Source of the DNA: a virus
Virus record (IMG/VR): IMGVR_UViG_3300028800_000006
Coordinates: 1 to 64,000 of that record
DNA length: 64,000 nucleotides
Strand: one strand, 5' to 3'
Each line of letters opens with the position of its first letter. The stretch's first letter is position 1. Made by a program: the position numbers and the translations under genes. The notes under the pieces are model-generated. The model was not told where the DNA came from. It did not search any database and saw only the letters and a list, made by a program, of their open reading frames with translations. Positions 55,561 to 64,000 of the stretch are shown one piece after another.

Positions 55561-55838
55561 TTGACATCTGCGTTGGGGACAAAGTTACGATCGTGCTCTC
55601 GAACTGGCCTTTAGTGGTCCACAAGTACGTGACGCGTGTTGATCCTGGCGGCGGGTTTGTCGTTGATCATGAAATGAACGAGCACCGAGATAACGAGGGT
55701 GTCGAGTGGATTCGTGGCCACCACGCAGGCAACTCTGATGACGTGCGCGCGTGCCTTGCTGCACGAGCGCTTGTGCGCGAGGACGCTGTGCCTCACCACC
55801 GCGATCCTGATGAGCTAACCTGGCTCGAACGCCAATGA
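55557..55838 (+). CDS. EGxxW-family paralog 15
   Basis: VGDKVTI...NEGVEWIRGHHAGNSDDVRACLAARAL. Confidence 0.85.
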   Translation: MIDICVGDKVTIVLSNWPLVVHKYVTRVDPGGGFVVDHEMNEHRDNEGVEWIRGHHAGNSDDVRACLAARALVREDAVPHHRDPDELTWLERQ

Positions 55839-56701
55839 GTGCTCTGCACGCCCTCTTCATCTGTGACCCAAACTGGTCCACCGGGCATGTCGTGCGCGGC
55901 CTGGCTGCCACTGTGCCTTCCGCACTGCACGTCGAGCTGCACGACTGGCGGCAGCCGTACACCGACTCCGATCACGACGCCGTGATCTGCATGTCTATCA
56001 CCGGGCCAGCGCGCAATCCCGGCTGGCGCACGCCGCGCATCGCCTCGGTGCTGAGCGGCCCCGGAGAGATGCTCCTGGACGAGGTGAAGCCTCTCGTGTT
56101 CGAGCCTGGCGTCGTCCTGGCCGGCGTCAGCAACGAGTGCGCTGAACTTCTCCGCGCGGCCTACCCTCAAGCTGCCACTGTCTCCACCACACCTGGATTT
56201 GCCCACCCTACCAACTTCGTCTGGCGTGACCGCCGCGGGCCCATTCGACGGGCCGGCTTCGTTGGCCGATCCACCACGCAGCATATGCAGGTGAGCGGCC
56301 CGGTGAAGCGCCCCGAGATGTTCAAGAAGATCTGCGAGGCGGCGGATGTCGAGCCGGTCTTCACCGAGCAGGACTACCGCTTCGAGGACATGCAGCGGTT
56401 CTATGATTCGGTGGACGTGGTCATCTCGACCAGCTCGGCCGAGGGGGGCCCGTTCAGCCCAATCGAGTCCATCGCGTGCGGCGTGCCAGCGCTCTCCACT
56501 GACGTCGGGATCATCCACGACATGGAGCTGCCGGGCCGGTTCGAGACCATCGAGGAGGCCGCCACGCTAGTGAAGCACGCTCGTGGGTTCCTGCCTGCGC
56601 AGCGCGAGGCTGCTGCTGCACACGCAGTGGAGGCTGTTTCGTCGTGGATGGCCTTCATCACCCACGCGGCTGCTGTCCGCTCAGCCGAAGACCAGCAATG
56701 A
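55835..56701 (+). CDS. GT-B glycosyltransferase (family 4-like)
   Basis: VKR, DVVISTSSAEGGPFSPIESIACGVPALSTDVG. Confidence 0.85.
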   Translation: MSALHALFICDPNWSTGHVVRGLAATVPSALHVELHDWRQPYTDSDHDAVICMSITGPARNPGWRTPRIASVLSGPGEMLLDEVKPLVFEPGVVLAGVSNECAELLRAAYPQAATVSTTPGFAHPTNFVWRDRRGPIRRAGFVGRSTTQHMQVSGPVKRPEMFKKICEAADVEPVFTEQDYRFEDMQRFYDSVDVVISTSSAEGGPFSPIESIACGVPALSTDVGIIHDMELPGRFETIEEAATLVKHARGFLPAQREAAAAHAVEAVSSWMAFITHAAAVRSAEDQQ

Positions 56702-57403
56702 CCACGGATGCACGCTGTAGTACCGGCGTGCATCAAACTGATCGGAGACGGTTCCGTCGTCTGTCCACGCGATACGCGTCTCCCACTCCTGGCCGCCCAC
56801 CACACTGGTCTGGTAGAACAGCGGCTCTCCGAGGGCGAACACCTCGTGGTGCACGGCTAGCTTGCACGAGATCGTGTCGCAAGGCTCTCGCGTCGAGCAG
56901 CTCTCAATCATCGCCCGTGTGTAGGCCAACGCGTGCCGGAACGTCAAGAACAGCACCGCGTGCGCGGTCAGCATGTTGTAGACCCGCTGCAGGTGCGGAT
57001 ACTCGACACACCGCCTGCGCATGATCTCGTAGTGATAGTCGTTTGCGTCGGGGCGGCACGCAGCTCGCGAGATCCCAAGGTAGACCGCGTCAGCGTCGTC
57101 GGGAAATGAAATGGTGAGTGGGTCCGGACCAGCCGGAGCTGGGCTGGTCCTCCACGCCACGTCGTCCTCCATCAGGACGAAGGGCTCGAACCGGCCAGGC
57201 GTCATACGGTTCACGGCGTGCTCGATGACCTTGGCATGGCCGAGCGGCGCCAGGACGCGCAGATCAGGATTGTCGAGTAGCTTTGGCGGCGTCCCATCCA
57301 CGCGTTCGTGGCGAAAGCCCTGCAGCACGGTGTTCATATGCTCGCGCCGGTGCTCACGCCCGTTAAGCCAGTAGAACGGCACGGTGCGCAGATCGATCTG
57401 CAT
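56681..57403 (-). CDS. GT-A glycosyltransferase (family 25-like)
   Basis: RREHM, FVLMEDDV, DADAVYLG, MLTAHAVL. Confidence 0.7.
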   Translation of the reverse strand: MQIDLRTVPFYWLNGREHRREHMNTVLQGFRHERVDGTPPKLLDNPDLRVLAPLGHAKVIEHAVNRMTPGRFEPFVLMEDDVAWRTSPAPAGPDPLTISFPDDADAVYLGISRAACRPDANDYHYEIMRRRCVEYPHLQRVYNMLTAHAVLFLTFRHALAYTRAMIESCSTREPCDTISCKLAVHHEVFALGEPLFYQTSVVGGQEWETRIAWTDDGTVSDQFDARRYYSVHPWSLLVFG

Positions 57404-57987
57404 CAGCGCGGCGTGAGCGGCTTGGTCAGCGTGAAGATGAGATCAGAGGCTCCCTCGATGTAGTTCTGCATCGCCTCCTGGATGAAGGCGTCGTTGCGCC
57501 CGGCGAAGCGCCCGTCGCCGTTCGGCACCGTCCCACCCCCGGCGTCGAAGTCACACGTGTACTCTGTGTTGTGCGGTGCGTTTACGGCACGCCATTCCTT
57601 CCGCAGGTAGTACGTCCAGAAGAAGACGACGGGGGGCCACTTGTGCGTCATGTCGCCGTAGGAGCGCTGGGAGGCCCACCAAGGCACGGTGATCGTAGCC
57701 TTGCCACCAGGCTTCAGCACGCGGAATGCCTCGTTGGCGAAGTGCACGCGCTCATCCGGCTCCAGGTGCTCCAAGAAGTGGCTGCTGTGGATCTCCTCCA
57801 CGCTGTTGTCTTCCCACGGCCACGGCTTGAATGGGACCGACGCCGCGTTGTGCTTCACGTCCGTCTCTCGCGCTGCCACGTCCAGCACGACGTCCACGCC
57901 AGGGAAGCTCATCTTGTCCACGCCGGTCCAGTCAGGGCCACACTTTCGAGTGCCACATCCAATATCTAAGCGCATGGTCTTCGTCAC
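57403..57987 (-). CDS. Class I SAM-dependent methyltransferase
   Basis: LDIGCG, SSHFLEHL, RVLKPGG. Confidence 0.88.
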   Translation of the reverse strand: MTKTMRLDIGCGTRKCGPDWTGVDKMSFPGVDVVLDVAARETDVKHNAASVPFKPWPWEDNSVEEIHSSHFLEHLEPDERVHFANEAFRVLKPGGKATITVPWWASQRSYGDMTHKWPPVVFFWTYYLRKEWRAVNAPHNTEYTCDFDAGGGTVPNGDGRFAGRNDAFIQEAMQNYIEGASDLIFTLTKPLTPR

Positions 57988-58050
57988 CTCTTTCGTTTCA
58001 TGTACGCCAGAACGGCAGCAGTGTGTTTTTCGTACCAGCCCAGGAAGCGC

Positions 58051-58788
58051 TCACCAGATCTTGCCGGCCGGGCCGAACTTTCCATCGAAGTCGAGGTGGC
58101 CTACTCGGACGGAGCAGTCAACGCCGCATCTGTAGCCGTACTGCCGCGCGTTTGACCAGAAAAATAGGTCTTGAGTGCTCATACCACCCACCGTCTGCGT
58201 CTTGAACCAGGGCTGGCGCAACTTGGTGTCCTTGAACATGCCCAGCCGGAACAGCGTGAAGCCCATCCCGAGGCCGCAGCACTCGACGAGCCCACCGGCC
58301 GGATCCGGCAGCTGCGGCCGGAAGTTCAGCGCCGGATCGCGCGGGTCGCCCCAGATCTGACACACCCCACCGGGCCCCTTCGTGAAGTAGCACCCACCGA
58401 TCGCACTCAGCTCGGGGTGCTGTTCCATCCGCTCCACGAGCTTGATCACCCCATCAGGCGGCGGCAGGTTGTCGTGCTCGATGGTAAGCACGTACTCCCA
58501 CTCGCGCAGGTTCGGCTCGTTCAAGATGCCCTGGACGGCTGAGCTGTATGCGTCGCCTACCTCCATACCCTGCGCCAGGATGCGCACCACGCCGTTGTTC
58601 GGCGGAAAGCCCAGGTTCCACACGCTGAGCGCTACGGTGGCCGGGATGAGGCCCGCCGCGGGCATGACGACGACGATCCGTTGCTGCTTCCAGCTGCCGC
58701 CCTTCATCAGGCGAGCCCGGGTGCCATCGAGATCTGCGTTATTCGCGCCGCCGAGGTCTTGAACGATCAAGCTCACGGAGGCGGACAA
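58051..58788 (-). CDS. GT-A glycosyltransferase (family 2-like)
   Basis: YVLTIEHD, GLGMGFTL, QDLFF, VDCSVRVGH. Confidence 0.78.
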   Translation of the reverse strand: MSASVSLIVQDLGGANNADLDGTRARLMKGGSWKQQRIVVVMPAAGLIPATVALSVWNLGFPPNNGVVRILAQGMEVGDAYSSAVQGILNEPNLREWEYVLTIEHDNLPPPDGVIKLVERMEQHPELSAIGGCYFTKGPGGVCQIWGDPRDPALNFRPQLPDPAGGLVECCGLGMGFTLFRLGMFKDTKLRQPWFKTQTVGGMSTQDLFFWSNARQYGYRCGVDCSVRVGHLDFDGKFGPAGKIW

Positions 58789-58797
58789 TACTACAAG

Positions 58798-58813
58798 CGC
58801 TAGTTATCTGGCA
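58798..58813. promoter_or_regulatory. Operator copy 5 (CGCTAGTTATCTGGCA)
   Basis: In the short gap upstream of the GT2-like gene. Confidence 0.6.
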
Positions 58814-58819
58814 ACAGGA

Positions 58820-59146
58820 TCAGACGCCGCCGCGGGCCGCGATCCACGCACGGAGATTCGCCGTGAGCGCTGCGTTGCCGCGAGCCTCGGCCGCCACAGC
58901 CGCCGCGAGGCATTTCGTGTACGTCAGCGCGTCCGTGGCGCTGAGCTGGCGGCTCGCTTGCACCTGCACGACCACAGCATCGAGCGCCGTGAACGCGTCG
59001 GCCTGATCCGCAATGCTCCCAGCCACGTTGATCGCGTTCCCCTCCCACGGGGCCTTGTGCCACACCAGTTGTGGTGTGCAGACGAGCGCGGCGACCGCCG
59101 GCAGCGGAAGCCCGAGAAGAACGGACACGATGATGGTCTTCAGCAT
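58820..59146 (-). CDS. Secreted small protein
   Basis: Signal-peptide-like N-terminus. Confidence 0.65.
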   Translation of the reverse strand: MLKTIIVSVLLGLPLPAVAALVCTPQLVWHKAPWEGNAINVAGSIADQADAFTALDAVVVQVQASRQLSATDALTYTKCLAAAVAAEARGNAALTANLRAWIAARGGV

Positions 59147-59155
59147 GCCCCTGGT

Positions 59156-61111
59156 CTACTCGTCCCGCTCCAGGACGGCAAGCTCACGCTCCAGCTCGGC
59201 GAAGCGCTCCAGAGGCTCGTGGAGCGCTTCCAGGGCCCCCGCAGCCACGCCGATGCGCTCGGCCGCTGTCAGCCCCCGGCGGCGCCTCTTGCGCTGCTGG
59301 GCCAGCGTGGCGACGAGCAGGCCCGTCGACAGGAAGAGCAAGATCACGCCCCACTTGTAGTAGGCCAGCGACGTCGTGTTGGCTCCCACGGGCTCGACCG
59401 CGCCAATCGCGGTCGGCGGCCGGGCCTTCCCGTTGAAATCGGTGGTCGCCCCGCCAGCCACGTTGCCCGCGCCGATGAGGGGCGAGCTGACTGCTGGCGT
59501 GAAGTCGGCGATGGCTCCAGCAAAGGTGGTCGAGATGCGGGCGTTGACGAAGGACGGGTTCGTGTTCTGTGTGGAGTTCAGATCCCACCCGTTCGTGCGC
59601 CACGTGGTGAGCGACTGCGATCCGTTCTGGTTCCAGACTCCCGTGCCGTTCGGCGTGAAGCACCAGTTGTTGTTGATCCCCGAATACTGAGCGTTCGTGG
59701 CCAGCGCGTAGTTGAAGCACGGCACGCTGCCTGTAGCGGTCTGGAAGGTCACGTTGTTGTACGACGACATCAGCGTGCCTGTGTTCCGGATCGAGAACGA
59801 GGTGCCGTTCCCGTACCCGGTGTTGTTGATCATGGCGACGCTCTGGTTGTCCCAGTCGCCTCCTCCTGATCCCTGACCGTCATTGGTCAATGCCACGCAC
59901 TCGAATCCGCTCGTCGGCGCTGCCAGGCAGATGGTGTTCTCGACCGTGCAGTTGTGGCAGGCTGACAAGTCGACTGCAGCACCACCCACGTTCTCGATGG
60001 CGTTGCCGTTGATGATGACGTTCGAGAACCCCTCGAATGAGGTGTACCCGGGGTTGATCCCCAGCCCGTAGCAGCTCCCAGTCGCGTTTCCTGCATCTTC
60101 GTGGATCCACAGTCCAGCGATGGTTAGGCTTCCTGTGAGGCCGTGGTTGACTACCGTGGCCCCCGAGCAGTGCCCACCGACCTGTGCAGCCTTGTACAGC
60201 TCGCAGCTCGTCACCTGCATGCCTGTAGCGTTGTTGCTAGAGATGTAGATGTGATGGTCTAGATTTGCTGTCTCGAACCCGTTATTGACGTAGTACGACT
60301 TCGTAATGATCTGGCCTGTTCCACCACCAAGGTACCCCTGCGCGCCGTTGTTCCCGACGTAGGTATTCGTCGTGACGATGTTCATGTCATCGTCGTTCGC
60401 ATTTCCTCCAGCGTTCTCTGCGCCGATGCACAGGTACTCCTCATCAACGTCGCAGATCTTGACGTTGCTGATGTTGTTGTAAATGAAAAACGCCTCCATC
60501 GGAAACGGTGCTGATGACGCGCACGGTGTAGCTGGCTTGCCGAGTCCCTGGATCGCGATGCCGGCGACGATGTAGCCGCCTCGCGCGATGTCGCTTCCAT
60601 CATCGAAGTTGAACGCGTATGTCCCAAGAGGGTCCAGCATCAGGGGACGCGGCCCGGTGCCCCACGTGGCCGTGTAGGCAGCCAACACCACACGGTTCCC
60701 GGCAGACGAGTTCCGGTTCACCCACCGGTAGGAGGAAGCGCCAGTGAGATCCCACGTGCCTCCATTACAGAACAGGATGGCGTCGCCAGCATTCAGACTG
60801 GCGAACTGCCCCTGTGCCTTCCCGTACGTGCGCCAGGCTGTCGCCGGTGACGTTCCCGCAAGACCGTCGTTGCCGCCCGTGCAACCTGCAGCAGGCTGTT
60901 GCCCCGTCGGCTGCGCGCCGGCCGCGCCGCTCGTAGCACAGTCACACACGTAGTAGGTGGTCCCAGTGATGGTGGGATAGCAGGCAGGAACGCTGCAGCC
61001 GTTCTCTCGAACGCACGCTGGGGATGCCTGCTGCGCTACTGCCACACCGCTAGCAGCTAGAACGAGCCAAGCAGCGATGAGCCCAGCAGCCCGCTTCACG
61101 CGCGCCACCAC
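59156..61111 (-). CDS. Right-handed beta-helix (pectin-lyase-like) protein with signal peptide and C-terminal membrane anchor
   Basis: GNDGLAGTSPATAWRT, Asn ladders, DHHIYI, SSPLIGAG..DFNGKARP..IGAVE, hydrophobic helix then RKRRR. Confidence 0.8.
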   Translation of the reverse strand: MVARVKRAAGLIAAWLVLAASGVAVAQQASPACVRENGCSVPACYPTITGTTYYVCDCATSGAAGAQPTGQQPAAGCTGGNDGLAGTSPATAWRTYGKAQGQFASLNAGDAILFCNGGTWDLTGASSYRWVNRNSSAGNRVVLAAYTATWGTGPRPLMLDPLGTYAFNFDDGSDIARGGYIVAGIAIQGLGKPATPCASSAPFPMEAFFIYNNISNVKICDVDEEYLCIGAENAGGNANDDDMNIVTTNTYVGNNGAQGYLGGGTGQIITKSYYVNNGFETANLDHHIYISSNNATGMQVTSCELYKAAQVGGHCSGATVVNHGLTGSLTIAGLWIHEDAGNATGSCYGLGINPGYTSFEGFSNVIINGNAIENVGGAAVDLSACHNCTVENTICLAAPTSGFECVALTNDGQGSGGGDWDNQSVAMINNTGYGNGTSFSIRNTGTLMSSYNNVTFQTATGSVPCFNYALATNAQYSGINNNWCFTPNGTGVWNQNGSQSLTTWRTNGWDLNSTQNTNPSFVNARISTTFAGAIADFTPAVSSPLIGAGNVAGGATTDFNGKARPPTAIGAVEPVGANTTSLAYYKWGVILLFLSTGLLVATLAQQRKRRRRGLTAAERIGVAAGALEALHEPLERFAELERELAVLERDE

Positions 61112-61857
61112 GCCACCGCGGCAGTGGCGGACGCGTTGGGGTTCTGATCGTTGTTCGCTGCAAGGGCTGCCGCGTTGGCGGCGACCTGAGAAGGGGACAG
61201 CGTGCTCGCGTACAGCGCGGCATAGTACGTAACCCCGCTCGGCGAGGCACCCACAGCACCCATGGTCACATTTCCTGTGAGCCAGTTGAACGTGGCATCG
61301 AGCACAGCGCCGAGGCCCAGCTGATCGATGATCGTCGGAGAGACCGGGCTTCCGTTCACGTACATGAGCACGCGATTCGTCGGCGTAGCTTGCAGCGAGT
61401 CGATCGCGAAGTGAAGCACCAACACGCCGCTCGTCGGAATGGCGTACTTGAGCAAACAGTCATTGGGAAATGCACCCTCGGCGGCGCTGAAGATCACCCC
61501 TCCCTGACTGTGATTGACCGTCAGCCCGATGATGCTGACTGATGATCCATCTACGATCTGGAAGTAGCTGTCGTATGTTGCCGTCGACAGGCTAGAGTCG
61601 ATCACGATCTCCAGCGTCATGCTCGTCGCTCCGGCCAGCGCCGTGTTGACTTTGGTACCTGAGAGCAACCCCGTGATCGACGTCCCTGTGGCTGCGTAAT
61701 TCAGCCCATCACCAGCTCCGATGCTGGTCCACTGCGCCGATGCACCGTAGGTGATCGTCGCGTTGAGCGCCGCGCCGGACGATGTGTCACGGATCGCTGC
61801 CGGAACCGTCCCAGAGGCGGCCTCGTTGAACAGATACAGAAGAAGTGGATTGGGCAT
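61096..61857 (-). CDS. LamG/concanavalin-A-like domain protein
   Basis: YLFNE.SGT..DTS, MTLEI, MYVNG, ALYASTLS. Confidence 0.72.
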   Translation of the reverse strand: MPNPLLLYLFNEAASGTVPAAIRDTSSGAALNATITYGASAQWTSIGAGDGLNYAATGTSITGLLSGTKVNTALAGATSMTLEIVIDSSLSTATYDSYFQIVDGSSVSIIGLTVNHSQGGVIFSAAEGAFPNDCLLKYAIPTSGVLVLHFAIDSLQATPTNRVLMYVNGSPVSPTIIDQLGLGAVLDATFNWLTGNVTMGAVGASPSGVTYYAALYASTLSPSQVAANAAALAANNDQNPNASATAAVAWWRA

Positions 61858-61881
61858 GTGCGCTCAGGTCCCCTGCAGCGG

Positions 61882-64000
61882 CTAAGTGCTCACGAACTTC
61901 ATGTACGGGAGCACGCTCAGGTTGCCCGTCAGCCCAGACAACGCGAGCGTCGATGGCAGCGTGGTGGTGACCCCCGTGAACACGCCCATGCCCATCAGCC
62001 ACGGCGCGCCAGACATCCCGGCGAGGTTGGTGCCGGTCGAGAAGGCCGACGAGTTCGACCCGAGCGGAGCGAGATTGGTCATCGTGATCTGGTTGCCCAG
62101 CCACGCGAGGTAGCTGCCGACTGCATTGGAACTGGACGACCCGCGAGCGAACAGGCCCAGCCAATACTCGCCCGGCTGCAGCAGCGTGTTCACCGGGAAC
62201 TGGACCCGCGCCAGCATGGACGACGAGATGCTGTTGTCCGTGCGGGTGTACGTGCCCGTGCTGTATCCCGAGTAGGCCGACGTCAGCGGCTGGTTCACGG
62301 TCGCCGAGCCGTTGTTGTACGTGACCGAGACACCGAACGACGTGCTGGCGACGACGCTCAGCGTGGTGCTGTTGGCGCCTGTCCCGCGCGAGTAGATCCC
62401 GAAAGCATGCGTCACCGACTGCTGGCCACTGACGGCGCCAACGGTCGAGAACTGCGCCTGCGCCACGAGATCCAGGAAGCCAGCGCTGACCGGTGCATGG
62501 ATCTCGAATGGGAAGAACGAGCAGCTGCCCGTCGTGCCAGAGTTCGCCGTGAGCACAGTCGTGCTGGCATTCACGATCGGGTAAGGCTCGTAGGTAGACA
62601 GCGTCGACTGCGCTGGCGCGCCGATCGAGATCGTGCTGCCATTCGTCGAGATCGAGACGGCCCCAGTGGCGGAGAGGCTCGACGTAGCCGGCGCTGACAC
62701 CTGGATGGAGCTGTTCGAGTAGCCCACCGTGAGCGCGCCCAGGCCGTTGAACGACATCGCGGACAGCGCAAGCGTCGTCGAGCTGTTCTGCGTGGTGTTG
62801 CCGAGCGCGTAGAAGCCTCCTGTGGTCGCGCCGCCGCCCGCACCGCCTGAGATGACCAGCGCATTGCCGCTGTATCCCACCGACACACCGCCCGCCCCTG
62901 AGAACGACATCGTGCGGGCATCGAACGTGCTGCTCGACGACTGCCCAGTGGTGTTGCCGATCGCGTAGCGGCCTTCCGTCTGGTTCGACTGCGCAAACGT
63001 CGCTGTTCCCGTGATCGTCGAGCCGTTCAGCCCAAAGCTCACGTTGTTCGAATTCGAGAACACGGCGGACGCGAGGTTTCCACTCGTCGTGCCTGCGGAG
63101 AAGTTCACGGATCCAGCACCGCCCCCTGCGACAGACGCCGTCACGGTCGAGCCGTTCAGCCCAAAGCTCACGCCGTTGCTGTTCGAGAAGACCCATGCCG
63201 TGCCGAGATTCGAGGTGGTACCGGCGCTGAGGTTGATGTTGTTGGAGATCGAGACGGTCGATCCGTTCGTCGAGATCGAGATGCCGCCCACCCCGACGAT
63301 GCTCGACGTACCCGGCGCAGACGCCTGGATGGACCCGTTCGAGTAGCCCATCGTCATGCCGCCCAGCGCGTTGAACGACAGGGCCGACGCATTCAGCGCA
63401 GTGGAGCTGTTCTGCGTGGTGTTGCCGAGAGCGAAGAGACTGAGGCTCGCTGCGCCGGACGGCCCCGTAGCTCCGGTGGCACCGCCAGCACCAGTGGCTC
63501 CGGTGGCTCCAGTCCCTGCCGGACCGGTCGCGCCCGTGGCCCCTGCTGTGCCTGCGCCTGTGGCGCCCGTGGCTCCTGCAGTCCCTGCCGGTCCCGTGGC
63601 GCCGGTCGCGCCCGAGGCTCCCCCGCCAGGCCCTGTTGCCCCCGCCGGGCCGGTCGCACCTGTTGCACCAGATCCCGTCGCGCCAGCAGGCCCGGTCGCA
63701 CCCGTTGCCCCACCCGTGCCCGTGGCACCGGTCGCGCCAGCACCAGTCGCGCCGGCCGGGCCAGTGGCTCCGGTCGCTCCAGCCGTTCCTGTAGCTCCGG
63801 TGGCACCCGATCCCGTCGCTCCAGCCGGTCCCGTAGCTCCGGTGGCGCCCGAGGCCCCGGCGGCACCGCCCGCTCCGGTCGCGCCCGTCGCGCCGCCCGG
63901 TGAGCCCGCAGGCCCTGTCGCGCCAGTGGCCCCCGAGGCCCCGCCACCTCCACCCCCTCCGCCGCCGGCAATCACGGCCGTCACCAGGCCGTTGACGGCG
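61882..64000 (-). CDS. Collagen-like fibre/spike protein; start probably beyond the right edge
   Basis: Gly-X-Y repeats, repeated Ser/Gly/Asn-rich shaft modules, C-terminal beta domain. Confidence 0.85.
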   Translation of the reverse strand, partial: AVNGLVTAVIAGGGGGGGGGASGATGATGPAGSPGGATGATGAGGAAGASGATGATGPAGATGSGATGATGTAGATGATGPAGATGAGATGATGTGGATGATGPAGATGSGATGATGPAGATGPGGGASGATGATGPAGTAGATGATGAGTAGATGATGPAGTGATGATGAGGATGATGPSGAASLSLFALGNTTQNSSTALNASALSFNALGGMTMGYSNGSIQASAPGTSSIVGVGGISISTNGSTVSISNNINLSAGTTSNLGTAWVFSNSNGVSFGLNGSTVTASVAGGGAGSVNFSAGTTSGNLASAVFSNSNNVSFGLNGSTITGTATFAQSNQTEGRYAIGNTTGQSSSSTFDARTMSFSGAGGVSVGYSGNALVISGGAGGGATTGGFYALGNTTQNSSTTLALSAMSFNGLGALTVGYSNSSIQVSAPATSSLSATGAVSISTNGSTISIGAPAQSTLSTYEPYPIVNASTTVLTANSGTTGSCSFFPFEIHAPVSAGFLDLVAQAQFSTVGAVSGQQSVTHAFGIYSRGTGANSTTLSVVASTSFGVSVTYNNGSATVNQPLTSAYSGYSTGTYTRTDNSISSSMLARVQFPVNTLLQPGEYWLGLFARGSSSSNAVGSYLAWLGNQITMTNLAPLGSNSSAFSTGTNLAGMSGAPWLMGMGVFTGVTTTLPSTLALSGLTGNLSVLPYMKFVST
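63455..63945 (-). repeat. Collagen-like triplet repeat (GAT-GAT-GPA type)
   Basis: About 160 aa of interrupted Gly-X-Y, mostly GAT. Confidence 0.9.

Noticed and set aside
2615-55838. Diversity-generating retroelement or integron cassette array as the source of the paralog family
   Set aside because: No reverse transcriptase, no near-identical template/variable repeat pair with adenine-specific changes, and genes overlap with no room for attC-like sites
1-64000. tRNA or rRNA genes
   Set aside because: No cloverleaf or rRNA-like segment recognised by eye; tRNAscan-SE would be needed to exclude them

Overview
The window is 64 kb of a GC-rich bacterial virus (phage or provirus) genome, open at both ends; no host housekeeping genes, rRNA, tRNA or CRISPR array were seen. 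Modules: (i) 1-10 kb small accessory and regulatory genes (XRE regulator, HerA-like ATPase, sigma-70-type factor); (ii) a 7-deazaguanine DNA-modification cassette (DpdA-like transglycosylase, queC, queE); (iii) a replication/recombination block (DUF3987-type ATPase, SNF2 helicase, exonucleases, Cas4/RecB-like nuclease, Sak4-like ATPase, SSB-like protein, UDG-PolA fusion, Dda-like helicase, RepB-type primase, tmk, thyX, two HNH endonucleases, with a third downstream of queE); (iv) a 33-47 kb putative virion/lysis block of small membrane-anchored and beta-rich (jelly-roll-like) proteins, a lytic transglycosylase, thioredoxin, papain-like protease and GH25 lysin, with no terminase, portal or tail genes, suggesting a tailless membrane-containing virus; (v) a tyrosine recombinase and small genes; (vi) glycosyltransferases beside beta-helix, LamG-like and collagen-like fibre genes. 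The most unusual signal is a dispersed family of about 15-16 paralogous, mostly ~80-aa proteins with a hypervariable body and a constant C-terminal motif (EGxxWxxG..D/E.xALxAxxxL). Also seen: a 16-bp quasi-palindromic operator in five copies, many apparently leaderless sigma-70-like promoters, and DnaJ-type zinc ribbons added to three unrelated proteins. All family assignments are by motif recognition by eye; no searches were run.
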